A stretch of 64,000 bases of DNA from Podarcis bocagei (GCA_964188305.1 OZ076893.1); one strand, 5' to 3'. Counted from the stretch's first letter, positions 1 through 13,292 are shown. Numbers and translations: made by a program. Notes: a model not told the origin generated them from the sequence alone.

Positions 1-2317
1 GTAAAGGATAGACAGCAGATAAGTTGCAAACTGTCCTATTTCCAAGCAGAGAGATTCAGGATGAATTCCTGAAGATCGCTAACCTGGGATAGATGGTTTC
101 TTGAGATTAATTTGGCAACATAAAAGGATGGGATAAAAGGTAGATGTTGGGTTGTTCTCCCCATGCACAGGAGAGATTCACAGTACCCAGCACTGTGCTT
201 TAGGAATGTGAGTTGAGAAGCCCATTGCTTTTAGGGTATAATAATTAATGTGACAGAATGCTTGGGGTGTTCTAAAGTGGGGGGTCATTAAGCCTTCTGA
301 GCCAGTGGACACATTTGCAAACCAGAGGCACTTTCCATGACACCACACACAGATCACAACCAAGCACACCCCACAACTTACTGTATTGGCTACAACAAAA
401 TACTTTTCTTATGCCTAATTAAGTGAGGAAGAGGATCCTGTGAGCACTATGGAAGATCTCTGCAGATACATATGCACCCACATGCACCACGGTGATGACC
501 CCTGTTCTAAAGCAATATACAAGAAACACATAAAAGCAAATCTGAGTGTACAAGAAATTGCCAACTGGGGAAAGCAGCGGAGTTAAAAGCTCTGATTTCA
601 AGGTGGTTTCCAACAGCAGGTGCCATGGCTGCCAATGAGCATCTGAACACTGACAGGATGGGGATGGGGCAGTAGGAAATTGTTGCTGCCTGGCATGTTT
701 GATGCACCAAAACCTAGTAGGATATCAACCAACCAACCAACCAATTATATGTAGCCTGCTCTTCATTAAAATAATATCTCCCCCAAACCATTATAGATGT
801 ACCATCATCATCCTCGTTTTATTTCCTCTCTTAAGAGTCCAGGGTGACTAACAATAAAAATACAACAGGTTTTGTACAAATTTCACAAAGTGACGGTCCT
901 CAATTTATGCTCCGAAGCCTTGCTGGAAGAAGTCTGAAATTGACTCCATAATACAAATTTTGTGTTTGTGTGTGTGTGTTGTGGTGGGAAGTTCAATTCT
1001 GTTAGAAAATGTATAAACTACTTTATCAAAAAGTTCTCTAAGCAGTGTACAAATAACTTGGGTGCCACCACAGAAAATGGCCTACTCAGTGAGATCACCC
1101 CATCATATTCTGTTTGCTAGGAGGCACCTGGGGAATAAATGAAGAAAGAAACAGAAGAACACTGTACAACTTAGATTTAAAAAGGTGCCTTAGATCCAGA
1201 TTTGTAGGGCAAGCAAGGATCAGCAGTAAGGAATCACCACACTTGGGGTGGGGCAGGGTTCCTGAATTCTCTTACTGTAACATCAGACTGCAATATGGAG
1301 TTACATCTGAACTGCCCCTGTGTGCAAGGAGAGATTTGAACAGCTGTGACTAACTTGTGTGGAAGTGAGAAATTCCATTATTGAACAATTAGGCACTGGG
1401 GAGGGCATTCTAACAACTCCATCCTATGCATGTTCTTTTGGGAGTACACCCTGCTGTGTTCAATGAGGTTTGTAGGTAAACATATGATTGCAGCTTTAAC
1501 ATTATACAACAGCCTGGTGGGATTCAGACATCTTATTCTCCTGCTATTATCAAGAATGCAGTGCTAGTATATTTATAAGTACCTAGGGGTCCTTTACCTT
1601 TACTTTTTTAAATCACGGATGGGATATTTGAAGGCAGCATACAATGTTGCTTATCAATGGATCCATGCATGCTTTTGAAATGAATTTTCTTTCTAATTGG
1701 ACACAAATCATTTGCACCATTATAGGTGGATTAAATGTCATTAAGTTATTTTATTGTAAGTGTTGGGTGCACCAGGAATTGTCTTCTAACCAAGATCCAA
1801 TGTAGATGAATACTAAGTAATATTAATTTTAAATATTTATATTTATATTAACATGGCATCATAATATGGACGTTCTAAATTAATACAACAGCATTCTAAA
1901 TTAATACAGCAACCCTGTTATCCCAAATGCAGTTCACATATTGAGAATCTGTCAGTTTCTACTATGCAATGTGATGAAGTAGGGCATTTTCTAAATATAA
2001 TTAAACAGTCAGATTTATCAACTTCAAAATAAGTTTAAAAAATAGGCTGCTAATCTTCATGTGTGTAATATATTGTTGACAGCTCTGTGGGAAGGCATAT
2101 GCTTTTTGGGGGTTAAACATTAATGTAAATATTTCCTATGGTTACCTTGCATACAGTTATAGACCACATCCATGCATATGTCAAACTGCCTGACTCACTT
2201 CCACTCCTAAGCAGATGGCAAACTAGGTTCATGGTGATTGAAACCATTTGAAGACTTAGGGCAGGTATGGGGAACCTGAAGCCTTCCAAAGATCTTCATC
2301 TGGCCTTGGGACTCTTC

Positions 2318-2841
2318 TGTCATGGCGCTGTCAGGCCACAAATGTCCAGAGTGAGGAATTAGCTATTTATTGTCAAAGGTACACTTACAAGTTAGGAAAA
2401 GGCATGTCTACCAGTCTTACATCTCTCAGCTACTCCTAGGTGGACACCCAATGCAGCAACAGTAGCCTCCAACATCACTTTATGTTTCTCTGCCATCTCA
2501 GCTACATGCAAGCAGGCAAAGACTATGCCTGTGTGTAACCTGCTCCCTGCTCCTCTCGCTTCAATCCTCTCCTGGTCCTTTGAGAAAGTGGAGAAAGAGA
2601 GGTGGGAGGAGGAGGAGGAGGTGTGGAAGCCCTTGGCTCTGCGCCAGCTTGACCTGTCACTCCTTCCTGCACCTGTTCATGACTCTCCAGTCCTGCAGCT
2701 TCTCCTGCCTCTGACTCTCTTCTCCTGGCTGTTACAGCCTCCCCCAGATCTCTGATTCCTTCTTCCAAGTCAGTCTGCACCCCCCCCTTCTCCCAGTACC
2801 CACTCATTTGTATCCAGCCACCTCTCAGCCAGTCCTTGACA
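2318..2841 (-). mobile_element. Putative solo LTR (Gypsy/ERV-like)
   Basis: Ends TGTCATGG...CCTTGACA (imperfect inverted termini), flanked by TCTTC/TCTCC. AATAAA on the minus strand near 2367. The minus-strand start TGTCAAGGACTGG resembles the start of the 35662 element. Confidence 0.5.
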
Positions 2842-4370
2842 TCTCCCCGCATCACACACTCTCTGCTTGCACCCTCTTTGGATGTTTTGTCCTCCCCTGG
2901 TTGGAATCCACCCTTGAACTCTTGATTCTGCTTCTTAGTTGGGAAGTGGGGATACAAAGGGAGCTGTTCCATTTTATCTAGTGCTGTGCTCTTACAGGAA
3001 ATGTGGAACTGACAGCTGAGGAGAGAGTTTCTGTTCTCCTCTGTTCTTTTCTAGCCATTTCCTCTCTCTCTCACACACACACCCAAAAAACCTATGTCCC
3101 CATTGTGAGCAGTGGGCAGGGCATAAAAGGGATGGATTTATACTAGTTTCCAGATTCTGGGGGGCTGGCGGTGCTGAGGTTGTTTTGGGAAAGGAATAGA
3201 TCCTATGGAGCCAATGCCCTCCCCTGCTTCTCCCTCAGTGTGTCTTCAGCATGTTAAGTGCAAAGAAATGATATATAAGAATTAAATTAAAAATTGCCCA
3301 AAGTTGTACTGGAAAAGGAATTTAATTAGCTGGTCTAAATTAGTTCATTCCAAGCGGTAGTGGTGACTTTGGCAGCAATATTTGCCAACACTGTCCTGGA
3401 AGCAAGAACTGGGGTTTTAATCTATTACTGCTCTTTCTTAAAGAACAGCAAAGCTAGCTTCCAACCAGATAACTGGTGCATAGGCAGAGTGACAAAGCCA
3501 GAATTCAAAGCAAGAGGGACAGAGTTCTAAAAATGTGTCCCGTGTCCTGAAAGCAGGAGAAAGAGAGATGAAGAGCAGGTTTTTACAGGAATGTTTTGAT
3601 CGTACACTGCAGCAAAGCGTTAAAAGCTTTGGTTTTTAATTATCAACTTGCTTGATCACCTCTCCACAAACGTTTTATCACCCTTCTTGCTCATTCTACA
3701 TAAAAGCTCTTCTAGTTCTTGTAATTATATATAATTGCTCCCATGCATCAACCCTGTGTTGAGAATGTTTCCGTTTATGTACATGTTTATAGTGTAGGAA
3801 ATAAATTATGTCTCAGGGAAAGAAAACTCATACACCCAGCCTGAACTTCAAAACAATCTAGAATGAAGCATGCCTTTGGTTTTCTTTCTTATCTACAAGG
3901 TCAACATCAGCCTAGTGGTCCATGACGGAAAGGTAGATGGCAGGATGCATGCTAAACGATGCTGCTGTATTTGATACGAAAATAATTGACAACAGCAGAG
4001 GCTTGCATTATATGCCCCATAATTAATGCTGGAGACAGAATCATATAGTACAACTCTTTTACAATCATTAGTCCTGGTTATTTCACCCATTCGCTCTCAT
4101 TCGTAATGTGAAACAATGCTTCGATCTACATGTTTATGCAAAGCAGGGGAGTTTGGGGAAGGTGTTGCCATATTGTAAACAGCACATCTAAATATGGTTC
4201 CAAGGGCTGTTTCACCACATTAAATGGTTGCAGAGCTGGGTTTGCCATGAGGTATAGCACCTAACAAGTGAGTAGCCATCCTCCCCACCCCAGTGTTTAG
4301 ATAAGCATACATATATGATTTGCCAATACATTTCCCAATACATGCTTGTTACATTATATATTATATACCT

Positions 4371-4720
4371 AAAAGTAAAGGTAAAAGGGACCCCTGACCA
4401 TTAGGTCCAGTTGTGACCGACTCTGGGGTTGCGGCACTCATCTCGCTTTATTGGCCGAGGGAGCCGGTGTACAGCTTCCGGGTCATGTGGCCAGCATGAC
4501 TAAGCTGCTTCTGGCGAACCAGAGCAGTGCACGGAAATGCTGTTTACCTTCCCGCTGGAGCGGTACCTATTTATCTACTTGCACTTTGACATGCTTTCGA
4601 ACTGCTAGGTTGGCAGGAGCAGGGACCGAGCAACAGGAGCTCACCCCGTTGCGGGGATTCGAACCGCTGACCTTCTGATCGGCAAGTCCTAGGCTCTGTG
4701 GTTTAACCCACAGCGCCACC
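4371..4720 (-). mobile_element. Sauria SINE, near full length
   Basis: The minus strand has a tRNA-like head (GGTGGCGCTGTGGGTTAA...GGTTCGAATCCC B box) and an (ACCTTT)n-type tail. Body matches the copies at 22486 and 52819. Confidence 0.9.
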
Positions 4721-5724
4721 TGCTGTCGCATAAAAGTAGGACATCAGTATTGTACAGTCATGGATAGGTGCTTCTCAAGGGAACATATGGTGGGATGAAA
4801 CCAGCCTGCCAACACTGTCACCATTGCTCTTACCTGGATGGGGCTGCAGCAGGGAGTTTGGGACCACATGGTTCCAACTGCAGGATGGCCATTGCCAATC
4901 CAGCAGTCTCACCAGTGAAACAACACAGACCTGACTTCACACCAACCCTGCCCCAGTCCCATCCAGGTTAGCATACATACATGTCAGGCTTCGGGGACTT
5001 GGCTTCTCCCTCTGCCCCCTTTGGTCGTAGATAAGCAGGACAAAGCGGAAAGAGTCTCTTACCATTTAAAGAGTCTTAAATTATCACAGCAAAAGAACCA
5101 AGCGTCCATTCTCGGAATAAAGGTGTTCCCAGTTAAGGATTCCACCCACTTCCCCTCTACTCACTTCTGTTTTGCAACCACCCTGCTTTTTGTGTCACCA
5201 CCTTATCTGCCCTACGTGCCCTTGAACTGATAGGCTGAATACTTTCTAGCAAGAGAAAGAGTCTGTTGGCTCTCTCTTTTCCTGTTCTTCTTCAGTTTGC
5301 TATTCACCCCCACAGTTCTCCCCAACTTTTGTCTTCAGACCTATGTCCCTCTACAAACCACTGTTCCAAATCTATACTGCTCCACTGCTCCTGGGCAGCT
5401 TCAGGATCCTGGTCAGGGGGAGGGGGAGGCTCCCACCATTCCTTATCAGAGCAGTACCTCTCAGCCTGGTCTCTGACAATACATCATTTTATTTGTATGT
5501 TGCCTTTCTGTAGTTAAAACCATTTTCAAGGTTGCTTACAACGGGCTATATGTGAGTTATGGGGTACCTTAATGAAAAGCACAAATAGCACCCTGAATGC
5601 CTTCCCACAGGACAGTAGCTATGGGGTTCCATCACAGAAAGTAAGGCACCAGACCCACTTTCTCCCTCTGTTATTCAAGTAGGGGCTATGCTAGAGCCCA
5701 CAGACCTCTCTAAGAGATATTATA

Positions 5725-5939
5725 CAGTGGTACCTTGGGTTACATACGCTTCAGGTTACAGACTCCACTAACCCAGAAATAGTACCTCGGGTTAAGAACT
5801 TTGCTTCAGGATGAGAACAGAAATCACGTGGCGGCAGCGGGAGGCCCCATTAGCTAAAGTGGTGCTTCAGGTTAAGAACAGTTTCAGGTTAAGAAAGGAC
5901 CTCCGGAACGAATTAAGTTCTTAACCCAAGGTACTACTG
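5725..5939. mobile_element. pogo/Tigger-type MITE (Tc1/mariner superfamily)
   Basis: TA|CAGTGGTACCTTGGGTTA...TTAACCCAAGGTACTACTG|TA. A reverse-orientation sister copy lies at 52020-52236. Confidence 0.85.
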
Positions 5940-7114
5940 TATATTCATTCTATGTCATTTGCAGGCAATTTTAGTTAAGAGGCTCTTGGGACACCAGACA
6001 CTGCTTCAGACAGGAAAGGAAAAAAAGGTGGTGTGGCATACACCTGAATATCATTTGGCCTTGAAAGTTTTCTGCGAATGGTTTTTGGTCAGACTCTTAG
6101 TCTGATCTGTTGGAAGTTCTCCTAGCTGTCTGGGTAGTGCCTCTAGGGTCTTTCATTGTGTTTTGCCTTCAGCATGCGGTTTGAGACATCTGCCTTTGCT
6201 CCGCAGGCACCTAACTACAGAACTCTGACTCTGTGCTGGTGGCTCACTGTGGTTTTGATAGTGTGGGTTGATCTGTTCAGGGCTGCTGTGTCTGTGTGTG
6301 GTCTCCCTGCCCCCAGATGCATTGGTTGGGCTTGGGAGATGTGGAGGACCTTTCATACTTTGTCATGCCATGAGGAGGAGGTCTCAGATGGGAATGCAGC
6401 AAATATGTGGTTTAAATTAAATGCACATCAAATAAGGGCCATAAAATGGACAAAACAGGCAACTCGGTAAATGTTACTATGGGGATACATGTTTAAAAAA
6501 GTAATTGGACAGGGTCAAATGGTTGACAACCATTGAATATTGACTTGGAGTTAATAACTTTTGATAATAATTTTTAAAACTTGATCTGATTTCTTTTTTA
6601 AAAAAATAAAAATCCAGACATAGTCATTTTATATCTTTTCAGATGTCATTATAATACCCAAACAGACCAGCTGTAACATCTCTTCAGTACAGGAGATAGT
6701 ATTGTACATTAATATGGCACTATGATGAAATATTAACTCTGCCTGCATTCCAGTATGACTTCATTTGGTTTTCCTTCTCAACTGATTTTGATTTGAAACC
6801 AAAATCCAAAGGTTTGATTTAACTCAAGTCAAACTTCTCCCCCCACTCCTCCTGCTGCTTGCTCCATCTGTTCTCTCCCTATTCTTTTATAGTAAACCAT
6901 TTGGTTATGTCTTTCCACTTCTTTCCAGTACTTTTTTTTAAAAAAAAATACGCTACAATATGCCAGAATAAACAAAGTCCCTTTATTTCAAAGAGGGCTT
7001 TGGGGAAAGTGACCATTCTTTCTAGCCTGTTCAAATTCTAGCTGAAGAAGAGGCTGCTGGGTGGTCAGGGTCTCCAAAGCATGGGTCCACCCCAAATCAT
7101 GATGCCCTCTAGTC

Positions 7115-7444
7115 CAGGGGTCTGCAACCTTTATGACAAAAAGAGCCACTTGGACCCGTTTCCGAAGAAAAAAAAACGGGAGCCGCAAAACCATTGCAGC
7201 ATTTAAAACAAATATATCTCCGGAGCCGCAATCTGACAGCGGGCGGGAAGGTGATGTCGGGATGGTGCGTGACTAATGCATTCACTGCCCCCATGCGACG
7301 TCACAGCCAGTACAGCGCCCGCCACAGTGGGGAGTGTCAGGGCACACAATGCGCCTCCTCCCCTCGCTAGTATCTGCCCCAGAGCCGCGGCAAAGGTGTA
7401 AAAGAGCCACATGCGGCTCCGGAGCCGCGGGTTGCAGACCCCTG
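7115..7444. mobile_element. Non-autonomous hAT (Charlie-like) element
   Basis: 15-bp TIR CAGGGGTCTGCAACC and perfect 8-bp TSD CTCTAGTC (7107-7114, 7445-7452). The first ~100 bp are shared with the 39956 element. Confidence 0.9.
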
Positions 7445-7796
7445 CTCTAGTCATATGTGGGCAGGATAAGAAGAAGGCTTAGTGTAAATTAACACAACTG
7501 GTTTTTTTAAAACTATGGAATAACTGCAGTTAGCTTGGATTTGGTGAAACAGCTACTGAATTACTTTAACTGTGTTCATGGATAGGCTTTATTATCCAGT
7601 GGAGACTAGGTGAGAATGGGGCACTGCCCCGTCAACTTCATTCTTCCTTCAGCCAGCCTTCACCTCTTTGCCTTCTTCCCTACAACTAGCCCAGGGGCTG
7701 GTTCTAGTTGTCAGCTTCCTCCTCCTTAATCTCAATTTTGCCCTCAACAGGGAAGAGGGTAAGAACAAAACAAAGCCTATCTTCACCTGATATAGG

Positions 7797-8181
7797 TAGG
7801 TAGCCGTGTTGGTCTGCCATAGTCAAAATAAAAAAATTCCTTCCAGTAGCACCTTAAAGACCAACTAAGTTAGTTCTTGGTATGAGCTTTCGTGTGCATG
7901 CACACTTCTTCAGATACACTGAAACAGAAGTTGCCAGATCCTTCTATATAGTGAGAAGGTGGGGAGGGGTATTACTCAGAAGGGTGGTGGGAATGGGAGA
8001 TTGGCAGATAGCTGAGATGAGCCTGTTGACGACTCTTAACGACTGCAATAGGTCTTCCAGGAAAAGGCAAGGGGTGAGAAGGTGAAAAATGGCTTAGTCA
8101 TGTATAATGAGATAAGAATCCAATGTCTTTGTTCAAACCAGGTCTCTCCATGGTTTTGAGTTTGGTAATAAGTTGCAATTC
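7797..8181 (-). mobile_element. Penelope-like element 3' fragment (Neptune-type), 5'-truncated
   Basis: 8181-8098 translates ELQLITKLKTMERPGLNKDIGFLSHYT*, the PxGLN-type C-terminus of a PLE GIY-YIG endonuclease. A 3' region with a hammerhead motif follows. The left boundary is approximate. Confidence 0.75.
7880..7917 (-). ncRNA. Minimal type I hammerhead ribozyme motif (PLE-associated)
   Basis: Minus strand reads GTAT-CTGAAGA-A-GTGTG-CATG-CACAC-GAAA-GC-TC-ATAC. This gives the CUGANGA/GAAA core, a 5-bp helix II, a 4-bp helix I (GUAU/AUAC) and a palindromic AGCU helix III. Confidence 0.8.
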
Positions 8182-8936
8182 AAGAGAAAGAGAAGCTGCT
8201 GAATTATCTATATCTATATAGGATACCACGCAATTGTTCCACTTAAAGCAGGATATCCCAGATTTACAGAAGCTGCCCTGGCTTCTGATCCCAATCCAGG
8301 AGGGCCCGTTTTGGCTCCCATGCGCTGGCTGTGCCAGAATGCAGGACCCAAAGACACGTGTTCTTTGTTCTCATGCTGTGACATGAGTCAAGTTAGCTCA
8401 CATCAAAGTGTGGGACCAAAAAATGGAACCAAAAGATGTGCCAACTTAACATGTTCCCGCACATCGCCCACTCTTCTTCTGCCAATGCTTTTCAGCTGAT
8501 GGACTTCTGGAAGCCAGTACCACACTTCCAGAAGCAATGGTGGCCACAGCAGAAGCAGTGGTGGTAGCGGAGGAGGCAGAGGTGGCAAGTGATAGTGGGA
8601 GGGAGCTGAGAGAAGGGGCAGGGTTGAAGTGAAAGGTGTGTAGCCTACGTTGAGGTCATGTTTTGATTATCCTCACTCTGGTGTTGGAGGGTATACATAT
8701 AGGCTCAGTCTTCAAAGTGGTGCGCAACGCATGTTCATTATTAAATCATGATACTGTTTTCATAGGTACCACAGAGCAAGGCCCTGTTTCATCATGTGAC
8801 ACCTTTGGGCATCTTCTTGTCCTGCAGTGTCCATTGCTGACATCTTTTAAAAATGTTTTCCAGGCAACTGGGTCTGGGAAGCACCATTTTAATTCCGCTG
8901 TATTGTTTTGAGGCATTGTGGGAGATCTGAGTAATG

Positions 8937-9260
8937 CAGAGCCGGATTTAGGTTTGATGAGGCCCTAAGCTACTGAATGTAGTGGGGCCCTTTATATGTC
9001 CAGCTGTCCTTTGTCAACAACAAATTGCCGCTGTTTTTTGTGTTGAATATATGCTGTATGGTAATTTATGGACCTAATAGGTCCATACACAACACAAAAC
9101 ACTGTTGCTGTATGTAGGTTTTATTTTATTTGTTTTTTAGCTTATATTTTGGAAATGTACATCCAGGGGTTTTTTCCCTTTATTTTTTTTTTGGGGGGGG
9201 GGCCAAGAGAGTGGGGCACTAAGCTATAGCTTGTTTAGCTTATATGTAAATCCGGCACTG
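8937..9260. mobile_element. hAT-type MITE
   Basis: TIR CAG(A/T)GCCGGATTTA. 8-bp TSD GAGTAATG/AAGTAATG. Confidence 0.8.
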
Positions 9261-9557
9261 AAGTAATGGCTCCCAGCCATTCAACCTTTGGCTGCTCTTT
9301 GCTGCTCCACCATTAGGCAAACCCAGAGGGGATCCCCCATACTGGCAGGACCCCACTCAAGGGCATTTTGCTGCAGACCCCCTTCAATCCTGGAGTGTGC
9401 CCTGTACAAATCAGTATTAACTATGGTAAGGATAGCAAAGGCTGCAATGACTTCAGTAACTGAAGTCATTGTGTCTGGCATTTCATCACATCAGGGTCTC
9501 AAGGTGGCTTCCAAAAATAAAATAAAAACATACCATATACAAAAACTGGGATATACA

Positions 9558-10004
9558 TCCCAGTAGTGATGTATGGAAGTGAGAGCTGGACCATAAAGAA
9601 GGCTGATCGCCGAAGAATTAATGCTTTTGAATTATGGTGCTGGAGGAGACTGTTGAGAGTCCCATGGACTGCAAGAAGATCAAACCTCTCCATTCTGGAG
9701 GAAATCATCCCTGAGTGCTCACTGGAAGGACAGATCGTGAAGCTGAGGCTCCAATACTTTGGCCACCTCATGAGAAGAGAAGACTCCCTGGAAAAGACCC
9801 TGATGCTGGGAAAGATGGAGGGCACAAGGAGAAGGGGACGACAGAGGACGAGATGGTTGGACAGTGTTCTTGAAGCTACGAACATGAGTCTGACCAGACT
9901 GCTGGAGGCAGTGGAAGACAGGAATGCCTGGCGTGCTCTGGTCCATCAGTTCACGAAGAGTTGGACACAACTAAACGACAAAACAACAACAACAACAACA
10001 ACAA
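9558..10004 (+). mobile_element. BovB (RTE LINE) 3' fragment, 5'-truncated
   Basis: Translates MYGSESWTIKKADRRRINAFELWCWRRLLRVPWTARRSN...LEKTLMLGKMEGTRRRGRQRTRWLD, the RTE/BovB ORF C-terminus. Ends in a (CAA)n tail. Confidence 0.95.
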
Positions 10005-11713
10005 CCATATAAAAAAACATCAAAACATCAGAGCATATGCTAATCATACCCTCAGTCGGTTACCAAAACAGTGGGAGAAGAATTGCGACTGATCATTCCT
10101 TGTGTTGCTGCTTCCACGACTAATGCAAAGGGAGAAGCACATTTGCCTAGGACATGGAACATGCATCTCCATGTGGAGAATATGCCAATTTCTCCACTTT
10201 GCACATCAATAATTGGACACCATAATATGGAAAGACAGGTTGATGATGTTTCCTCCCTTGTCACTTCAGTTAGAATAACAGAAGTCACTTTTAGGGCTTC
10301 CAAGTGAATGCGTTTCAAGATCAGTATGGACACTATAATCAAAAACGTATACGAATTAGTAAGACTCAAATCAGCTCCAGGAACGTCAAGATAACCGAGC
10401 AGAGGCACTTTGGGGAATGAGTCATTTTTCACCATAGTGCTGTCTGAGAGGAGAGAATCTGATCCATTACTCATAGAGAATTTGATAACCCCCATAGGGC
10501 TGCAATCTTTCTGACTGACTGTGGCATTAAGGAACAAAAAAATATTGCAGTGCAGTTAAGCAATCAAATCTGCAATTATGTTCAGCATCACAGGTAACAT
10601 TTCCAGACTAAATTATATTTAGGGATATTTATACTAATAACAAGTATGTTTAATTTTCAATTTCACAGATTATTTTGCCTATCTCAATACTCCCCTTCAT
10701 CCTGGCAATTTGCATGCAAATTAGAGCTCTTTAAGTGTATTTTAATTGCCATGCTATTTTCACAAATACAGAGAGAATGTAAAATATATATTTATTGCTG
10801 TGTATAGGGGGAAAATGTTAATATTCACCAAATAATTACCTAATTTGCATAGTGATTAGGCGCAATTGGAATAAAATCCCTTATAAACATAAGAAACTGA
10901 AAACTGAGATAGTTGACAAGCAAAATAATAGAGTAAAATGTCATAAAGAAAAGGTACACTTGCAGGTGAAAGACTTTCAGTACATTATTTTTAACCCCAT
11001 CTACCAGGATTGCTAGAGTAATAAGTCAGGCCTATAAAATATTCAGTATGTGCCTTGTTTGCCAAGAAAGATGAAATAAAAGCATAGAGTCAAATACCTG
11101 CAAAACACACAAACCTGGTGATTTCCTCGGGGATCTTGTGCAATTACATAATTTAGAATAGTCTCTGAACCAATTTTTTTATATTCATCAAAACATTGCT
11201 TCTTGTATGTGACCTTGAATGTTAAGTTTCAGCCCAGGGGGAATATTTACAACTTGCAGGTATGGAAAGATAATGGAAAAGCTGACATGAATTTCACACT
11301 TGCAATGCCATTCCCTGTTATCTTGCTGCTCTGACTCTCTCCCCCCCCCCAAATGAAAGCTAAGGATCTGAATAGACTTAAAATTCTTGTCCGATCGCAT
11401 TGACAGAATATCTGTAAACAATGGTGAACAGAATATTTCACTCCTATAACTATGCCCAAGATGTATAAAATGGCCTTAAAATTATTTCTTTCAGCTGCAC
11501 ATTTAAACACATTTAAAGCACATCAAAGAATCCTGTGAGCCATAGTTTACACCTCTCAGAGCTACAATTCCCAGAACCCTTTACAAACCAGAGTTCTCAG
11601 GATTCTTGGGGCAGAGAATGGGATTTAAAATTATGGTATGTACGCAACCTTAACACGAACATTCATTCATTCATTTGTTCAGTGAGAGAGAAGACTTTGA
11701 ATTGCAACACATA

Positions 11714-11953
11714 CAGTGGTACCTCTGTTTAAGAACAGTCCTGTTTATGAACGATTTGGTTTACGAATGCCACAAAACCAGAAGTAGTGTCCCTGTTATG
11801 AACTTTACCTCAGTCTAAGAACAGAATCCGAATGGTAGAAGGGCACCGGCAGCGGGAGGCCTCATTAGGGAATGCACGCCTCGGTTTAAGAATGGTTTCG
11901 GTTTAAGAACGGACTTCCGGAACGGACTAAGTTCGTAAACTGAGGTACCACTG
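11714..11953. mobile_element. pogo/Tigger-type MITE
   Basis: TA|CAGTGGTACCTC...GAGGTACCACTG|TA. Confidence 0.85.
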
Positions 11954-13042
11954 TATTGTATTTTTGTATTGTAAGTTTGGCAAATTTGCCTGAGAATTCT
12001 CACCTACCCCCACCTCAACTCTGGCTGAAGTGAACCTGAATTAAGAATGGGGGTGGGGGAGAGAAACTGAATTGCAATGAATAAATATATAAGTTGTGGG
12101 TCGGCCATTCATATAAAAATATGTAGGATGTGGAAATGGAACAAGCTGCAGCCAGACTTATGGAACAGCACATAAGTTTTTCCATAGCCCTAAGGAAGAA
12201 CTTGATGCAAAGGAAATTTCCAAAGGTGTCAGAGTAGCCATACAGACATTAAAAAGCAGATAATTAGAAGGGTTTATTTGGGTGACTTTTTCTTTCGGTG
12301 GGGGGAAGGTTTACCAGATGGTTATACAGTTATAATTCAGCAACACTGTGTAAAGAGGGAGTGCATTTTGTGTGCAAAAGCAATTCAGCTGTGTTTTTGG
12401 ATCATATTGTTAATTGTGCAGTTGTTAGTGACACTGTTGATCACAGTTACACCACTGTAAGTGCTTTAAGTATGGATAAAATTCTCACTTACGCCAGGGG
12501 GGTAAGCAGTGTCCAGCAGTTATACTACATTTAGCCAGGGCCAACCCAAGACACTTTGGCACCTGAGACAAAATGGCGCCTCCTTCCTACCAGTGAAGAA
12601 GAGGTGGGTGAAGATCTGCATTGGGAACAAGGCGGGGAATCAAATGGTTGAAGTGGGAATCAGTATGCGGAAGAGAGCCTAGGTCATTTGACCTTTCAAT
12701 TAGTTCCCTTTCCCCTCCTTTAAAAACTGAGCAAGACATTCTCTTGTAAAGTTTAAATAGCAAATAACTTTCCTTCAGTTTTACTTGCACTTGCAGATTA
12801 GAATGTGCAATGCAGGTAGGTGTTCCTTATGTTGCCAATACGTTTTATGTAGATTTGTATAAATACTGTTACAGACTGACTAACTCTGAGGCAGACAACA
12901 GCATAACAGAACAGACCTGCTGCTTTGTTAAGATGGTTCATAACTGCGATAACTGTACCAGCTGACATAACTGCCTTAGGCATATGACACAACAGAGTTC
13001 TATAGCCCTTGTGAGCATTAACCATTTATTTAGCATCAGTAT

Positions 13043-13059
13043 ATTATTATTATTATTAT

Positions 13060-13091
<32 letters not shown>

Positions 13092-13230
13092 TCATTATTA
13101 TTATTATAATTCCTACCTCGCCCATCTGACTAGTTTGCCCCAGTCACTCTGGGTGGCTTGCAACATATATAAAAACATAATAAAACATTACACGTTAAAA
13201 AGCTTCCCTATAGAGGGCTGCCTTCAGATG
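13043..13230 (-). mobile_element. L2-like LINE 3' end with (AAT/ACT)n tail
   Basis: The reverse complement matches 56830-56985 (CATCTGAAGGCA...CAGAGTGACTGGG...AGTCAGATGGGC) and ends in a trinucleotide tail. Confidence 0.6.
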
Positions 13231-13291
13231 TTGGATGCTTTCATTCCACATCAAGCACATACCTCCATCTACATTTCTGTTCTGTTCTCTG

Positions 13292-13292
<1 letters not shown>

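Noticed and set aside
2523-2972. 149-aa acidic/proline-rich ORF
   Set aside because: Lies largely within a purine-biased LTR-like repeat and shows no domain.
9288-9500. Faint resemblance to mononegaviral L protein segments
   Set aside because: The matches are short and not collinear, and part of the region looks like a MITE end.
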